DNA of 25,209 bases from a virus (Duplodnaviria > Caudoviricetes). The stretch spans positions 1 through 25,209 of IMG/VR virus record IMGVR_UViG_3300012031_000073; one strand, given 5' to 3'. Below, piece by piece: positions 8,532-16,352 of this stretch. A program made the translations under genes and the position numbers. The notes below the pieces were generated by a model. That model was given only the letters and a program-made list of their open reading frames with translations. It did no database searches and was not told where the DNA came from. Position 1 is the first letter of the stretch; each line of letters opens with the position of its first letter.

Positions 8532-9942
8532 AAAGTTCTTTCCCTCCTTGTGTGTCCCATCCTGTAGTAGTGCGTACCTTGATAAGGCCATCACCTTTTA
8601 GGTAATCTATAATTTCTCTGTGTATGGTTGGAGCTACTGAAGCATCATAGAAGTTGAAGTTACCTACTGCCTCTGCTGCTGCTATGAACATCTGATCAAC
8701 CTTTCCTTCAGAGAAATATTTTTTAATCTGTCCCTTGCCATGAGCAAAGCAATCGAAGTGATTGATGTGTGTGTTACCCATGTTCCATTCTTTGTTACGT
8801 GGTATGGTTTCTCCTGACATGTTGTATAATATAGCAGACCCACCTTCTACTTGTATGCTGATAGAGCTACCAATGTATAGCTTTAAAGATATGGTATCTG
8901 ATACAGGTATCTTCAGTGTGCCTTGCTCTAGCATGTTGAGTATACCCGGTGGTAGTAACTCTGGATCGAAAGCATTTTTTTCTACGGCACGTATGACATT
9001 GTTTAATGAAGAGGATGGTGTAAGGTATGTGTCAACAGTTAGTTTGATTCTCTTGGATTCTTCTGAGAAATAATAACCTGTGACTATGCCATCCTCATGA
9101 GCTTCCTTCAGTCTGCTACCGAAGTTAACTGTTTCATCTAAGCCATGTTGAATTGCATATAGTCTTTGCTCTAATGTAAGACTGCTAATACGCAATGAGG
9201 AAGCTAGGCCTATGTGCCTGTTATAAGATTCCTCATTAGATGACAATGCATTCTTGATGTCGTTGATAACTGCACTACCCATGTAGGTATCTAATTGTTT
9301 AAAGATTTGATCTCTCTTCTCTTGTTGTAGCTGTGCTATTACCTCAGGTGTAATGAAGGAACCAAACAAATCTCTGAAGGTGCGTATGTGTAGGATGCCT
9401 TGACTATTAAATGCATCACGTACTCTGTCTATGCTATCATAGTTTAACCGTGGGTCTTGTACATCCATGAGTGCTACTATGATAGAGACATAGGTGGTGT
9501 ATAATAAATGTTTGTCTGCATCAGGTCGTATGATAACTATGTTATTACCATCTGTAAGTACAGTGGCATTGTTTCTACCTGGTCCAATGTATAAGGACTG
9601 AAGCATAGCATCAAATTTGAATGAGTAATCTAATAGTCTTTCAGTCATCTCAGTTATGAATGCCTTGTTGCTTGCTACGTGTGGTGCAAATGGTGCACTA
9701 ATGATGAACACATGCTTGAACAAAGAGTTGAGTGTTGTAAGAGTTTCATTTATTATGTTGTTTATGATTTGGGTTGTGTGCCCTACCATGTCTGTAGTGT
9801 TGTGCTCGAAGTGTATGTGTGTGTTACTATTATCTAATGAATTCATTAGTGAGTTGATAGTGTAATCGTCCTCATCTGTTACATTACCTGCACACTTATA
9901 TGTTAGTGTTGTTTTCAACGCTGTGTTTGATATGATATGCAT
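8491..9942 (-). CDS. 483-aa protein with a central coiled coil and a putative C-terminal prokaryotic E2-like domain
   Basis: C-terminal GNTHINHFDCF resembles the HPH/HPN...C signature of E2 folds. Position between the Ubl and JAB/E1 genes supports this. Overlaps the JAB start. Confidence 0.5.
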   Translation of the reverse strand: MHIISNTALKTTLTYKCAGNVTDEDDYTINSLMNSLDNSNTHIHFEHNTTDMVGHTTQIINNIINETLTTLNSLFKHVFIISAPFAPHVASNKAFITEMTERLLDYSFKFDAMLQSLYIGPGRNNATVLTDGNNIVIIRPDADKHLLYTTYVSIIVALMDVQDPRLNYDSIDRVRDAFNSQGILHIRTFRDLFGSFITPEVIAQLQQEKRDQIFKQLDTYMGSAVINDIKNALSSNEESYNRHIGLASSLRISSLTLEQRLYAIQHGLDETVNFGSRLKEAHEDGIVTGYYFSEESKRIKLTVDTYLTPSSSLNNVIRAVEKNAFDPELLPPGILNMLEQGTLKIPVSDTISLKLYIGSSISIQVEGGSAILYNMSGETIPRNKEWNMGNTHINHFDCFAHGKGQIKKYFSEGKVDQMFIAAAEAVGNFNFYDASVAPTIHREIIDYLKGDGLIKVRTTTGWDTQGGKELYETHYAQQQAARI

Positions 9943-9958
9943 GTGCCCCTCCTAGTGT

Positions 9959-9984
9959 AAAAATAAAGAGCAGCCCGAAGGCTA
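9959..9984 (-). terminator. intrinsic terminator/attenuator immediately after the Ubl gene
   Basis: Minus strand reads TAGCC-TTCG-GGCTG followed by CTCTTTATTTTT (UUCG loop plus U-rich tail). Confidence 0.6.
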
Positions 9985-10209
9985 CCCGTTATCTGATTTA
10001 ACTGTTACTGTTAGTCGGCATAATTCATCTACATAGTTTTCAGTGAATGATTTGTTTAACTCAGCGTGAGTTAATGTGATGCCATCTAGTGAAACAGTTG
10101 CTCCGTGTAATTCAATGGTTTGACTCTGAAAGAATTCCATGATGCTGTTGTCCTCTTCAGCATGGTATGTTGTTCTGCCTTCAGGTGTTGTTACTTTAAC
10201 TTCAATCAT
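9982..10209 (-). CDS. ubiquitin-like (beta-grasp) protein, 75 aa
   Basis: Beta-beta-alpha-beta pattern (MIEVKVTT / RTTYHAE / NSIMEFFQSQ / VSLDG / RLTVTVK) with a free tail ending SDNG. AGGAGG RBS; lies upstream of E2/JAB/E1 genes. Confidence 0.75.
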   Translation of the reverse strand: MIEVKVTTPEGRTTYHAEEDNSIMEFFQSQTIELHGATVSLDGITLTHAELNKSFTENYVDELCRLTVTVKSDNG

Positions 10210-10230
10210 AATGTCCTCCTTAGGATATGA

Positions 10231-10246
10231 AAGGGGCGAACCCCTT
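10231..10246 (-). promoter_or_regulatory. UUCG hairpin upstream of the Ubl RBS (stabiliser or weak terminator)
   Basis: Minus strand AAGGGG-TTCG-CCCCTT with only a short U tail. Confidence 0.5.
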
Positions 10247-10257
10247 AGTTGTCGTGA

Positions 10258-10665
10258 CTAAAATTCTTCTGGTGTATCCAGTACTGATAGTAAAGAATCA
10301 ATAGGCTCACATGCGTCAGCGATTTGTTGCTTGATAACTGGTAGATACTTAGCAGCAGATACTAATGCTTGACCGTACTCAACCTTTAAAGATTCTTTTG
10401 CTTCTTCTAATGTGTCTGAAGGATTAACATGTAATGCGATTGCAAACCTTAATTCTTTTTCTTCAGACAAACAGTTAGCTGTGAATGAGAAGCCGTTGAT
10501 CGTTGCATTGGCTGGTCTAATGTGTAGGGCAAGAGAGTACAGGGTATCCCCTTCTTCATCTCTAACACGTAATGCTTGAGGTGCATAGATTGCTGCTTGT
10601 TTCATTTCTTCTATAGAGATTCCTGTCTCTACTAGTACCATGCCTGATGCTAATTTAATATTCAT
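10258..10665 (-). CDS. hypothetical protein directly upstream of the Ubl gene
   Basis: 135-aa ORF with a GAGGAGG RBS; no recognised motif. Confidence 0.75.
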   Translation of the reverse strand: MNIKLASGMVLVETGISIEEMKQAAIYAPQALRVRDEEGDTLYSLALHIRPANATINGFSFTANCLSEEKELRFAIALHVNPSDTLEEAKESLKVEYGQALVSAAKYLPVIKQQIADACEPIDSLLSVLDTPEEF

Positions 10666-10741
10666 TGCTTACCTCCTCGGTAAATTATATTTGAGTGATG
10701 ACTACCACCACTTAATCCACAACACCCAACAAGACCCACAC

Positions 10742-10918
10742 TTAATAATCTCTAGAGATATTAGTTAAGCCTCGTTGTCTTAGGACTCTGTAGACTGTAG
10801 GTGCTGAGCAATCTAGTTCCTCTGCTACCTGTGCTACTGTCCATCCTTTGATTTTTAATCTGTTGATGTAGTACTTGTCTGTCTGTGCCACTGCCTTGCC
10901 TTGCTTAAGTCTATCCAT
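10742..10918 (-). CDS. small HTH DNA-binding protein
   Basis: GWTVAQVAEELDCSAPTVYRVL is a classic HTH. Likely start is the ATG at 10918, overlapping the upstream stop; the track gives 10951. Confidence 0.75.
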   Translation of the reverse strand: MDRLKQGKAVAQTDKYYINRLKIKGWTVAQVAEELDCSAPTVYRVLRQRGLTNISRDY

Positions 10919-11402
10919 GATGCACCTTGGTGTGCTTACAAAAGTAATCAACTTGACTGGCGGGTACCATGTATGTTGCTGAGCCTTGCTTGATGAACCA
11001 ACCTCTGTCTAATGCAGTGCGAATAAGTTTACCCATGGTAACAGATCCTATAGACAATGTCTTACAGAATGCTGGTTCAGTGGGTATGTATGCTGGTTGT
11101 TGGGTAGCCTTTAAGAATAACTCACGTACCTTAGTGTTACCTGCTAGATATTTAAAAAATCTTTTAGATGTATAGGTGCCATCAAGTCTTGAGTCTGATA
11201 CCTTAGCCGGTGTGCTAGATTCTTGTGGCTCTGTTGGTCTAGGTTGTGGTATGTCTATGACATCCATTTCTTTGAGTGCGTTGTACTCTGGGTTGGCGTA
11301 TACTTCAACGAGCATCTTAAGTCCAGCGAGTTCCTCTTGGTACATAGGTACTATCTTCTGCAGATAGGTGATACGATTGTGCATATCTTTTATTGATAAC
11401 AT
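10911..11402 (-). CDS. hypothetical protein with an N-terminal coiled coil and a C-terminal winged-HTH-like region
   Basis: Start re-called to the ATG at 11402 after GGAGG. FCKTLSIGSVTMGKLIRTALDRGWFIK is wHTH-like. Confidence 0.65.
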   Translation of the reverse strand: MLSIKDMHNRITYLQKIVPMYQEELAGLKMLVEVYANPEYNALKEMDVIDIPQPRPTEPQESSTPAKVSDSRLDGTYTSKRFFKYLAGNTKVRELFLKATQQPAYIPTEPAFCKTLSIGSVTMGKLIRTALDRGWFIKQGSATYMVPASQVDYFCKHTKVHHG

Positions 11403-11442
11403 CTTGACCTCCTGTATTCCATGACATCCAACACACACCACA

Positions 11443-11610
11443 CTATTTGTTGTACTTATTTCTGTGTAACTTAGCCCTTGCTATCATTGCATTGAAGAGA
11501 GTGACGTTGTCTGCCTCTTTGTTAATGTTCTTGGTAGCAGTGGTGCTGTCTGATATAGGTCTGCCGAATTGTTTACTAGTGTAAGCTGGTGGTGGATTTA
11601 TTTTTGCCAT
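11443..11610 (-). CDS. small hypothetical protein (55 aa), absent from the ORF track
   Basis: AGGAGG RBS, then MAKINPPPAYTSKQFGRPISDSTTATKNINKEADNVTLFNAMIARAKLHRNKYNK*. It fills the gap between neighbouring genes. Confidence 0.7.
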   Translation of the reverse strand: MAKINPPPAYTSKQFGRPISDSTTATKNINKEADNVTLFNAMIARAKLHRNKYNK

Positions 11611-11619
11611 GTGTTCCTC

Positions 11620-11928
11620 CTACTTGTGTGGGATACCCCACTTCTTTAGTGTACGTGTGACTTCATCTTTGAAATGTTGATAGCCTTCTGCTGGTGGTAC
11701 GTACACAAAGTCTGAGTCTGTGTAGTCATACCTGCGGTAGTCTATACCTGCAAAGGATGTGGATCTTTTGCCTAGTATATTAGGTGTGACCTTCTCGATG
11801 GAGCAGTACATGTCCCCTTCTCTGAAGAGATGTATAGGGTGACCACGTTCTAGTGGTGGGAATTGTTCTATCCATAGCTCGAAGCCTCCGATGCTGTTGT
11901 CAAATCTCATGTGTTTATAGTTTGCCAT
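11620..11928 (-). CDS. hypothetical early protein
   Basis: AGGAGG RBS; 9-nt spacing to neighbours. Confidence 0.75.
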   Translation of the reverse strand: MANYKHMRFDNSIGGFELWIEQFPPLERGHPIHLFREGDMYCSIEKVTPNILGKRSTSFAGIDYRRYDYTDSDFVYVPPAEGYQHFKDEVTRTLKKWGIPHK

Positions 11929-11937
11929 GTTGTCCTC

Positions 11938-12228
11938 CTAGTCTCTGATTGCATTGATACGTTGGATGATGGTGTCGTTGATGTTAGTGAGTTGCTTGAT
12001 GAATGTAGCTATGCCCATGTCATTCAGTGGTAGAGTCTGAGGTGTTAAGAGTTGACACTCTGGTCCGACATGCATAAAGAATTGTTTGGTCTTGGGTAGT
12101 TGTACTATAGTGATGTTGTCTGGGTCATGCTTGTTACTGAATACAATACTGTCGTTTGATTGACGTTGTGTCCAGTTACCTGTGCGTTGGATAAGCGTTT
12201 CTATTACAGTGTTGTTGGTTATATTCAT
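11938..12228 (-). CDS. hypothetical early protein
   Basis: AGGAGG RBS; operon packing. Confidence 0.75.
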   Translation of the reverse strand: MNITNNTVIETLIQRTGNWTQRQSNDSIVFSNKHDPDNITIVQLPKTKQFFMHVGPECQLLTPQTLPLNDMGIATFIKQLTNINDTIIQRINAIRD

Positions 12229-12264
12229 AGTACCTCCTAAGTATACGATAGTCTGTCCAGAATT

Positions 12265-12291
12265 AAAAGAAAAAAAGGGGACGGGCCCCTA
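12265..12291 (-). terminator. intrinsic terminator
   Basis: Minus strand AGGGG-CCCGT-CCCCT followed by TTTTTTCTTTT, just after the stop at 12295. Confidence 0.75.
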
Positions 12292-12294
12292 GTC

Positions 12295-12783
12295 TTAGAT
12301 GAGTGACTCAATGGTGTTTGATTCTTTGATGTACTCTATTGGTTGTGTACCTACTACCCAGTTGTTACCTACGTAGTCTCCGTTAACCTGGTGTTGGTAA
12401 GTAAATGTAAAGTCTTTGCCTACATATACTTTGTCTCGTAACATCTGTGCTCTGTCAGAACCTTCAAGGCCATACTTATCAGCGAATGCTCCTAAGAATT
12501 GTGAGATGCCACGGAAGTTTTCTCTCTCGAAGAGTGTGATGGTTACTGGTCTAGTCTGTGATGCGGTAGGTGTAACGTCAATAGAGATTAGACCTGTGAT
12601 GTTGATGTAAGTGTTGCCCTTCTTGTCCATCTTAAGTTCACTGTCCTCGATGCGAACTGAATAGACTGCAGTAGGTAGTGCGCCGTAAGCTTTCTTGCCT
12701 TCAAACTGTGCGAATAGATCTATTGTTGGTGTTGTTTCCTCTGTTGTTGGTGCGTTGCCTAGTAGTGCTTCACGATTTAACAT
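12295..12783 (-). CDS. hypothetical protein, possible DUF669/OB-fold SSB-like; paralog of 13087-13590
   Basis: YGALPTAVYSVRIEDSELKMDKKGNTYINIT resembles DUF669 N-termini; AAAGGAG RBS. Confidence 0.6.
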   Translation of the reverse strand: MLNREALLGNAPTTEETTPTIDLFAQFEGKKAYGALPTAVYSVRIEDSELKMDKKGNTYINITGLISIDVTPTASQTRPVTITLFERENFRGISQFLGAFADKYGLEGSDRAQMLRDKVYVGKDFTFTYQHQVNGDYVGNNWVVGTQPIEYIKESNTIESLI

Positions 12784-12858
12784 ATGATACTCCTTTCGTA
12801 GTCAAGTAATACAATCACACCACCCCCTAATACACCACATATGTTAGTGTATTCTGTA

Positions 12859-12949
12859 GGTTTGTGTTGTATATATTTCATATCATCCATGTCCACCCAC
12901 ACTGTTTGGTTTTGTGTTGGTTTGTGTCTGATATATTTCATATCACCCA
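12859..12949. repeat. two-copy ~31-bp direct repeat with 60-bp period
   Basis: GGTTTGTGTTGTATATATTTCATATCATCCA (12859-12889) and GGTTTGTGTCTGATATATTTCATATCACCCA (12919-12949). Confidence 0.85.
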
Positions 12950-13086
12950 GGCTGATACACACAGTGTGTGAGTGTACGACAGTTGTGTTGTGTGGTTTGT
13001 GTGGGTTTGCGCCTTTGAATTTAGGGACGCAGTCCCAAGTACGACAGTGATGTCATACTCAGGACTTGTACCCTAGAGTGTAGCCT

Positions 13087-13590
13087 CTATAGTAGAGACT
13101 CCACTGTTGGTGCTATTGTTTCTTTGACCTTACCTATGTTGATGTAGTGTGTTAGCTCTCCCTCTTTGTTAGGTCGTTCTACATTTGAGATGTACAGTTG
13201 CTTGCCTATTGCTAGGGCTGGTGTGCCACCTGTAGGTAGGATGATGCTGTTCATAAGCTGTCCTCTTAATGAGAGGTTGGTGCTTACTAGTTCTTCAATG
13301 AAGTAGCTGATGCTTTTGTATTTAGATGTTGTATCTAATCGCATAGTTTTTTCAGTACCGTTATCTAGTAGCAGTATTGCTTTAAGGAATGGTGCTGAGT
13401 TAGGGTACTGTGTAGGTGTTAAGCTCTTGACAGTGACAAGGTGGTTACCTAGTGCTAATGGTTCTGGTGCTGTCTGTCCTTGGAAGAGTGCCATTAATGC
13501 TTGAGCTGCTGCGTCTTGTACTTGTGTACCTTCTGTTGCTTCTGTTGCTTGGTTAAGTAATGCTGATGCGTTGATAGTATTGTTAGTCAT
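13087..13590 (-). CDS. hypothetical protein, paralog of 12295-12783
   Basis: AAAGGAG RBS; shares collinear motifs with 12295-12783 (see findings). Confidence 0.7.
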   Translation of the reverse strand: MTNNTINASALLNQATEATEGTQVQDAAAQALMALFQGQTAPEPLALGNHLVTVKSLTPTQYPNSAPFLKAILLLDNGTEKTMRLDTTSKYKSISYFIEELVSTNLSLRGQLMNSIILPTGGTPALAIGKQLYISNVERPNKEGELTHYINIGKVKETIAPTVESLL

Positions 13591-13658
13591 GATAGTTCTC
13601 CTTTGATATTAAAAGTAAGGAGATGGGACAGCCCCACCTCCAATGGTATGTGTACTGT

Positions 13659-14861
13659 TTACTTTTGAGAGCGGTCCTCACGAACTCTCTTAGTAATGAT
13701 ATCAAACATCTTAGCACCTGCCAAGGTAGGTGTGATGCTTGATGCTTTCTCAACAGCTTGATAATGATCAGGTAGTTGATTGCTAGTGATGACAGCATCT
13801 AACTTAGAGGTGTCACCTATTGTTACCTGACCTAGTTGGAAATCTAATTCCATTAGTCTGTCATACTTAGGCGTGAATGCCTTGATAGCTGACATGTCAG
13901 GTGATGCCTTCAGTTGATTGAACTCAAGAGTTAATGCTTCTTGTTCAGTCCGTAAGTCCTTGTAGCTAGGTTCCCCTAGTTGATAGAACTCATTGACTAA
14001 GTAGTCAACCATGTCTGATTCTAATTGATGTGATCCAAGTACTGTGTACTGTCCAGCTACTAAGTTGCTACTCATCTTACCACCTTGGATAGGTGCGTAG
14101 AGTGAGGTGTAACTAGATTGTACTACACGGTATGCACCTTGTCCTGTACTGTGATAGACTCTACCATAGTTAGGAACTGGTGTGAGTACTGAAGAATACA
14201 GACCTGATGGTGTGTAATCCTTTAGTGCCTCAGCTACATTGAACTTGCTGATGTACCCAGCGAGTACTGTGTAGTTGTCTTGATCCATTCTCATCATCTT
14301 GAAGAGTTCTCTAGATTGATTGAGGTGTTCAAGCATAGCATAGTACTGTGATTGTTGGTCACTGTTGACCTTGTCATATACATCATAGCATGCTGATAGG
14401 TTCGCAGGTTGCTGTGCTGTATGCTGACGGAGTTTCTTACCGAAGTCTGTAGTCTGACTCTTAGGTTCAGTACCAAAGAACTTTCTAAGGTTCGGTAACA
14501 AGTAGTAGTAAGTACCACGAGTTACTGTGTGTGGTCTGTGTAAGTAGTCACCTACATTGTACATGAACTCTTCTTTATCTGATGAGATTACAGGTTCAGT
14601 GGTGAAGCTAGTGTTAGCATACACGTCCTTGAAGATCAAGGTGTTGTGTTTCATCAGGTTCTGAAGCTTGTAGATTTCATGTCTGCCAAAGTTAATGCTG
14701 AAGCTTTGTATCTGACAATACTCTCCAAGTATAATGGTGATTGGTGTGTCACCTATTTTCTTGTGAGACTTTTGTGCAGTTAGATCTTCAAGGTCTATTG
14801 CTAGTGTGCCCTGAAGAAGTTTGATTTGTGCAGACTTTTTAGTGAATGAATAATGTTTCAT
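13659..14861 (-). CDS. hypothetical protein (400 aa)
   Basis: Long ORF with an AGGAGG RBS; no motif recognised. Confidence 0.8.
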   Translation of the reverse strand: MKHYSFTKKSAQIKLLQGTLAIDLEDLTAQKSHKKIGDTPITIILGEYCQIQSFSINFGRHEIYKLQNLMKHNTLIFKDVYANTSFTTEPVISSDKEEFMYNVGDYLHRPHTVTRGTYYYLLPNLRKFFGTEPKSQTTDFGKKLRQHTAQQPANLSACYDVYDKVNSDQQSQYYAMLEHLNQSRELFKMMRMDQDNYTVLAGYISKFNVAEALKDYTPSGLYSSVLTPVPNYGRVYHSTGQGAYRVVQSSYTSLYAPIQGGKMSSNLVAGQYTVLGSHQLESDMVDYLVNEFYQLGEPSYKDLRTEQEALTLEFNQLKASPDMSAIKAFTPKYDRLMELDFQLGQVTIGDTSKLDAVITSNQLPDHYQAVEKASSITPTLAGAKMFDIITKRVREDRSQK

Positions 14862-15056
14862 GTTACCTCCTATGTTTAGTTAGTTGATGGTACCCTAACC
14901 ACAGGGATGTTCGTTGTAGATTGAGGACCACATCTCTGTGGCTTGTTGCTATGTTGTTGATTGGCATCACTCCTTTCATGATTGTTACCATCAGTGTCAG
15001 TACCATATACATCCTCGATAGTTTAGTTACTTATCAATTGATGTTGCATGTTACTG

Positions 15057-15425
15057 TTACTTATTACTTCTTAAGTATGCTAGTGCTATCTTATCTAGTT
15101 CAGTTGTAGTTACCTGAAGATGATAAGCAATAGCTTTGTACATTCTAGCTGCCTGATTGCTAGGTTGATCTGATAATATCTGAATCCATACAGAAGATAG
15201 AGTGATTAACTCTTGTCTTTCAGATGGGTAGATTACTCTCATGTCCTTAGCAGTATGAGCCCTACATAAAGCTAGAGTATATACATGTAGATTGTGAATA
15301 CTGAATGGGTAGATTGCTAATTCCTTTGCAGTATTTATTTCTAATGCATGATACTCAGCCTCTTGTGGTGTCATAGTTCTTGGCATGTTGAAGTTGTTAA
15401 GTGTATAGTTAGTATTATTAGTCAT
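15057..15425 (-). CDS. hypothetical early protein
   Basis: Start re-called to the ATG at 15425 (MTNNTN) after GAGGAGG. Confidence 0.7.
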   Translation of the reverse strand: MTNNTNYTLNNFNMPRTMTPQEAEYHALEINTAKELAIYPFSIHNLHVYTLALCRAHTAKDMRVIYPSERQELITLSSVWIQILSDQPSNQAARMYKAIAYHLQVTTTELDKIALAYLRSNK

Positions 15426-15501
15426 GTGTGTGTCCTCCTCAGGATATGAGGATGTACATGATACTAACACTGATGTTTAGTTGTTGATTGATTGACTGTG
15501 T

Positions 15502-15729
15502 TTAGTCGATGAATGCCTGAATGATGTGGGCACCTAATGAATAAGGATTGAACTGTTGCTTGAGGGCAATGAGTTGTTCCTTAGTCATGCATCTACTAGT
15601 TGGTGTTGTTGCTGTTCTTGCCCTGTCAATGAGGTGTGCTACCTCTTTGTTATAGGGAAGATAAGCTACATTCTTATGGTGTTGGTACATCACCTGATTG
15701 AATGCTAGTGATTGTTCATGCCTGTTCAT
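15502..15729 (-). CDS. hypothetical early protein, first gene of the leftward arm
   Basis: AAAGGAG RBS; 75 aa. Confidence 0.7.
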   Translation of the reverse strand: MNRHEQSLAFNQVMYQHHKNVAYLPYNKEVAHLIDRARTATTPTSRCMTKEQLIALKQQFNPYSLGAHIIQAFID

Positions 15730-16136
15730 GTTGTCTCCTTTCTCGTCGTATACACATGCTAAATGCTTGTGCAGTATTATTTATATGAACACTCAATATG
15801 AGTGGAGTTTGTTAAGTATTTAACTAATGATATTGTTGGAGGATTTTCAGTGTGCTGTCGTAAACCCTCGAATTAATATAGTTTTCTATACTGATAATGA
15901 TTCTTATTGTGTGAATTGTGTGGAGATATATACACAATGATAATACTAGTATAACTATATATATTATATTTAACTAAAAAAAAAAAGTTAAAGATAAAGA
16001 GAAAAGATATGAGAAGGTGGAAGTAATTGGGAATAGAAATAACTAACTACATAGGTAATATATAGGAGATGTATGATAAAAGTTTAACAAACTAAATCAT
16101 CCAATGGTGGAAGTATATTACATATGGTATAGTGTA

Positions 16137-16165
16137 TTGGAATTAGATATATCATGTGGTATAAT
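16137..16165 (+). promoter_or_regulatory. sigmaA/sigma70-type promoter for the rightward arm
   Basis: TTGGAA (16137-16142), 17-bp spacer, TATAAT (16160-16165), with an extended -10 TGn. Confidence 0.6.
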
Positions 16166-16352
16166 GAGGGTACAGAATATATAAGGACCTTTAAATTAGT
16201 TAAGCAACCCACAGGGGTTGAATGTTCGATATAGGGGGGTGGGCTTTAAATGTAAAAGTAAAGGTCAGTAAAGCTTATATATAAAAAATTGCTGGTGTTA
16301 ATGTTCTAATAATATAGGGATAGATATAGACACCTATAAAGGGGGGCCTACT

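Noticed and set aside
12859-12949. CRISPR array
   Set aside because: Only two imperfect copies and no cas genes in the window.
12777-12962. 61-aa ORF with a repeated DMKYI.HKPT motif
   Set aside because: No RBS, GTG start, and the peptide repeat simply follows from the DNA repeat.
14863-15006. Possible ~47-aa minus-strand ORF (MVLTLMVTIMKGVMPINN...)
   Set aside because: Ambiguous start and weak RBS spacing; not supportable from sequence alone.
338-15109. Numerous plus-strand ORFs in the track (e.g. 338-574, 1618-1902, 3734-4114, 5909-6202, 6943-7155, 8762-9073)
   Set aside because: They are antisense shadows of minus-strand genes or of the RT leader, lacking RBSs and with atypical composition.
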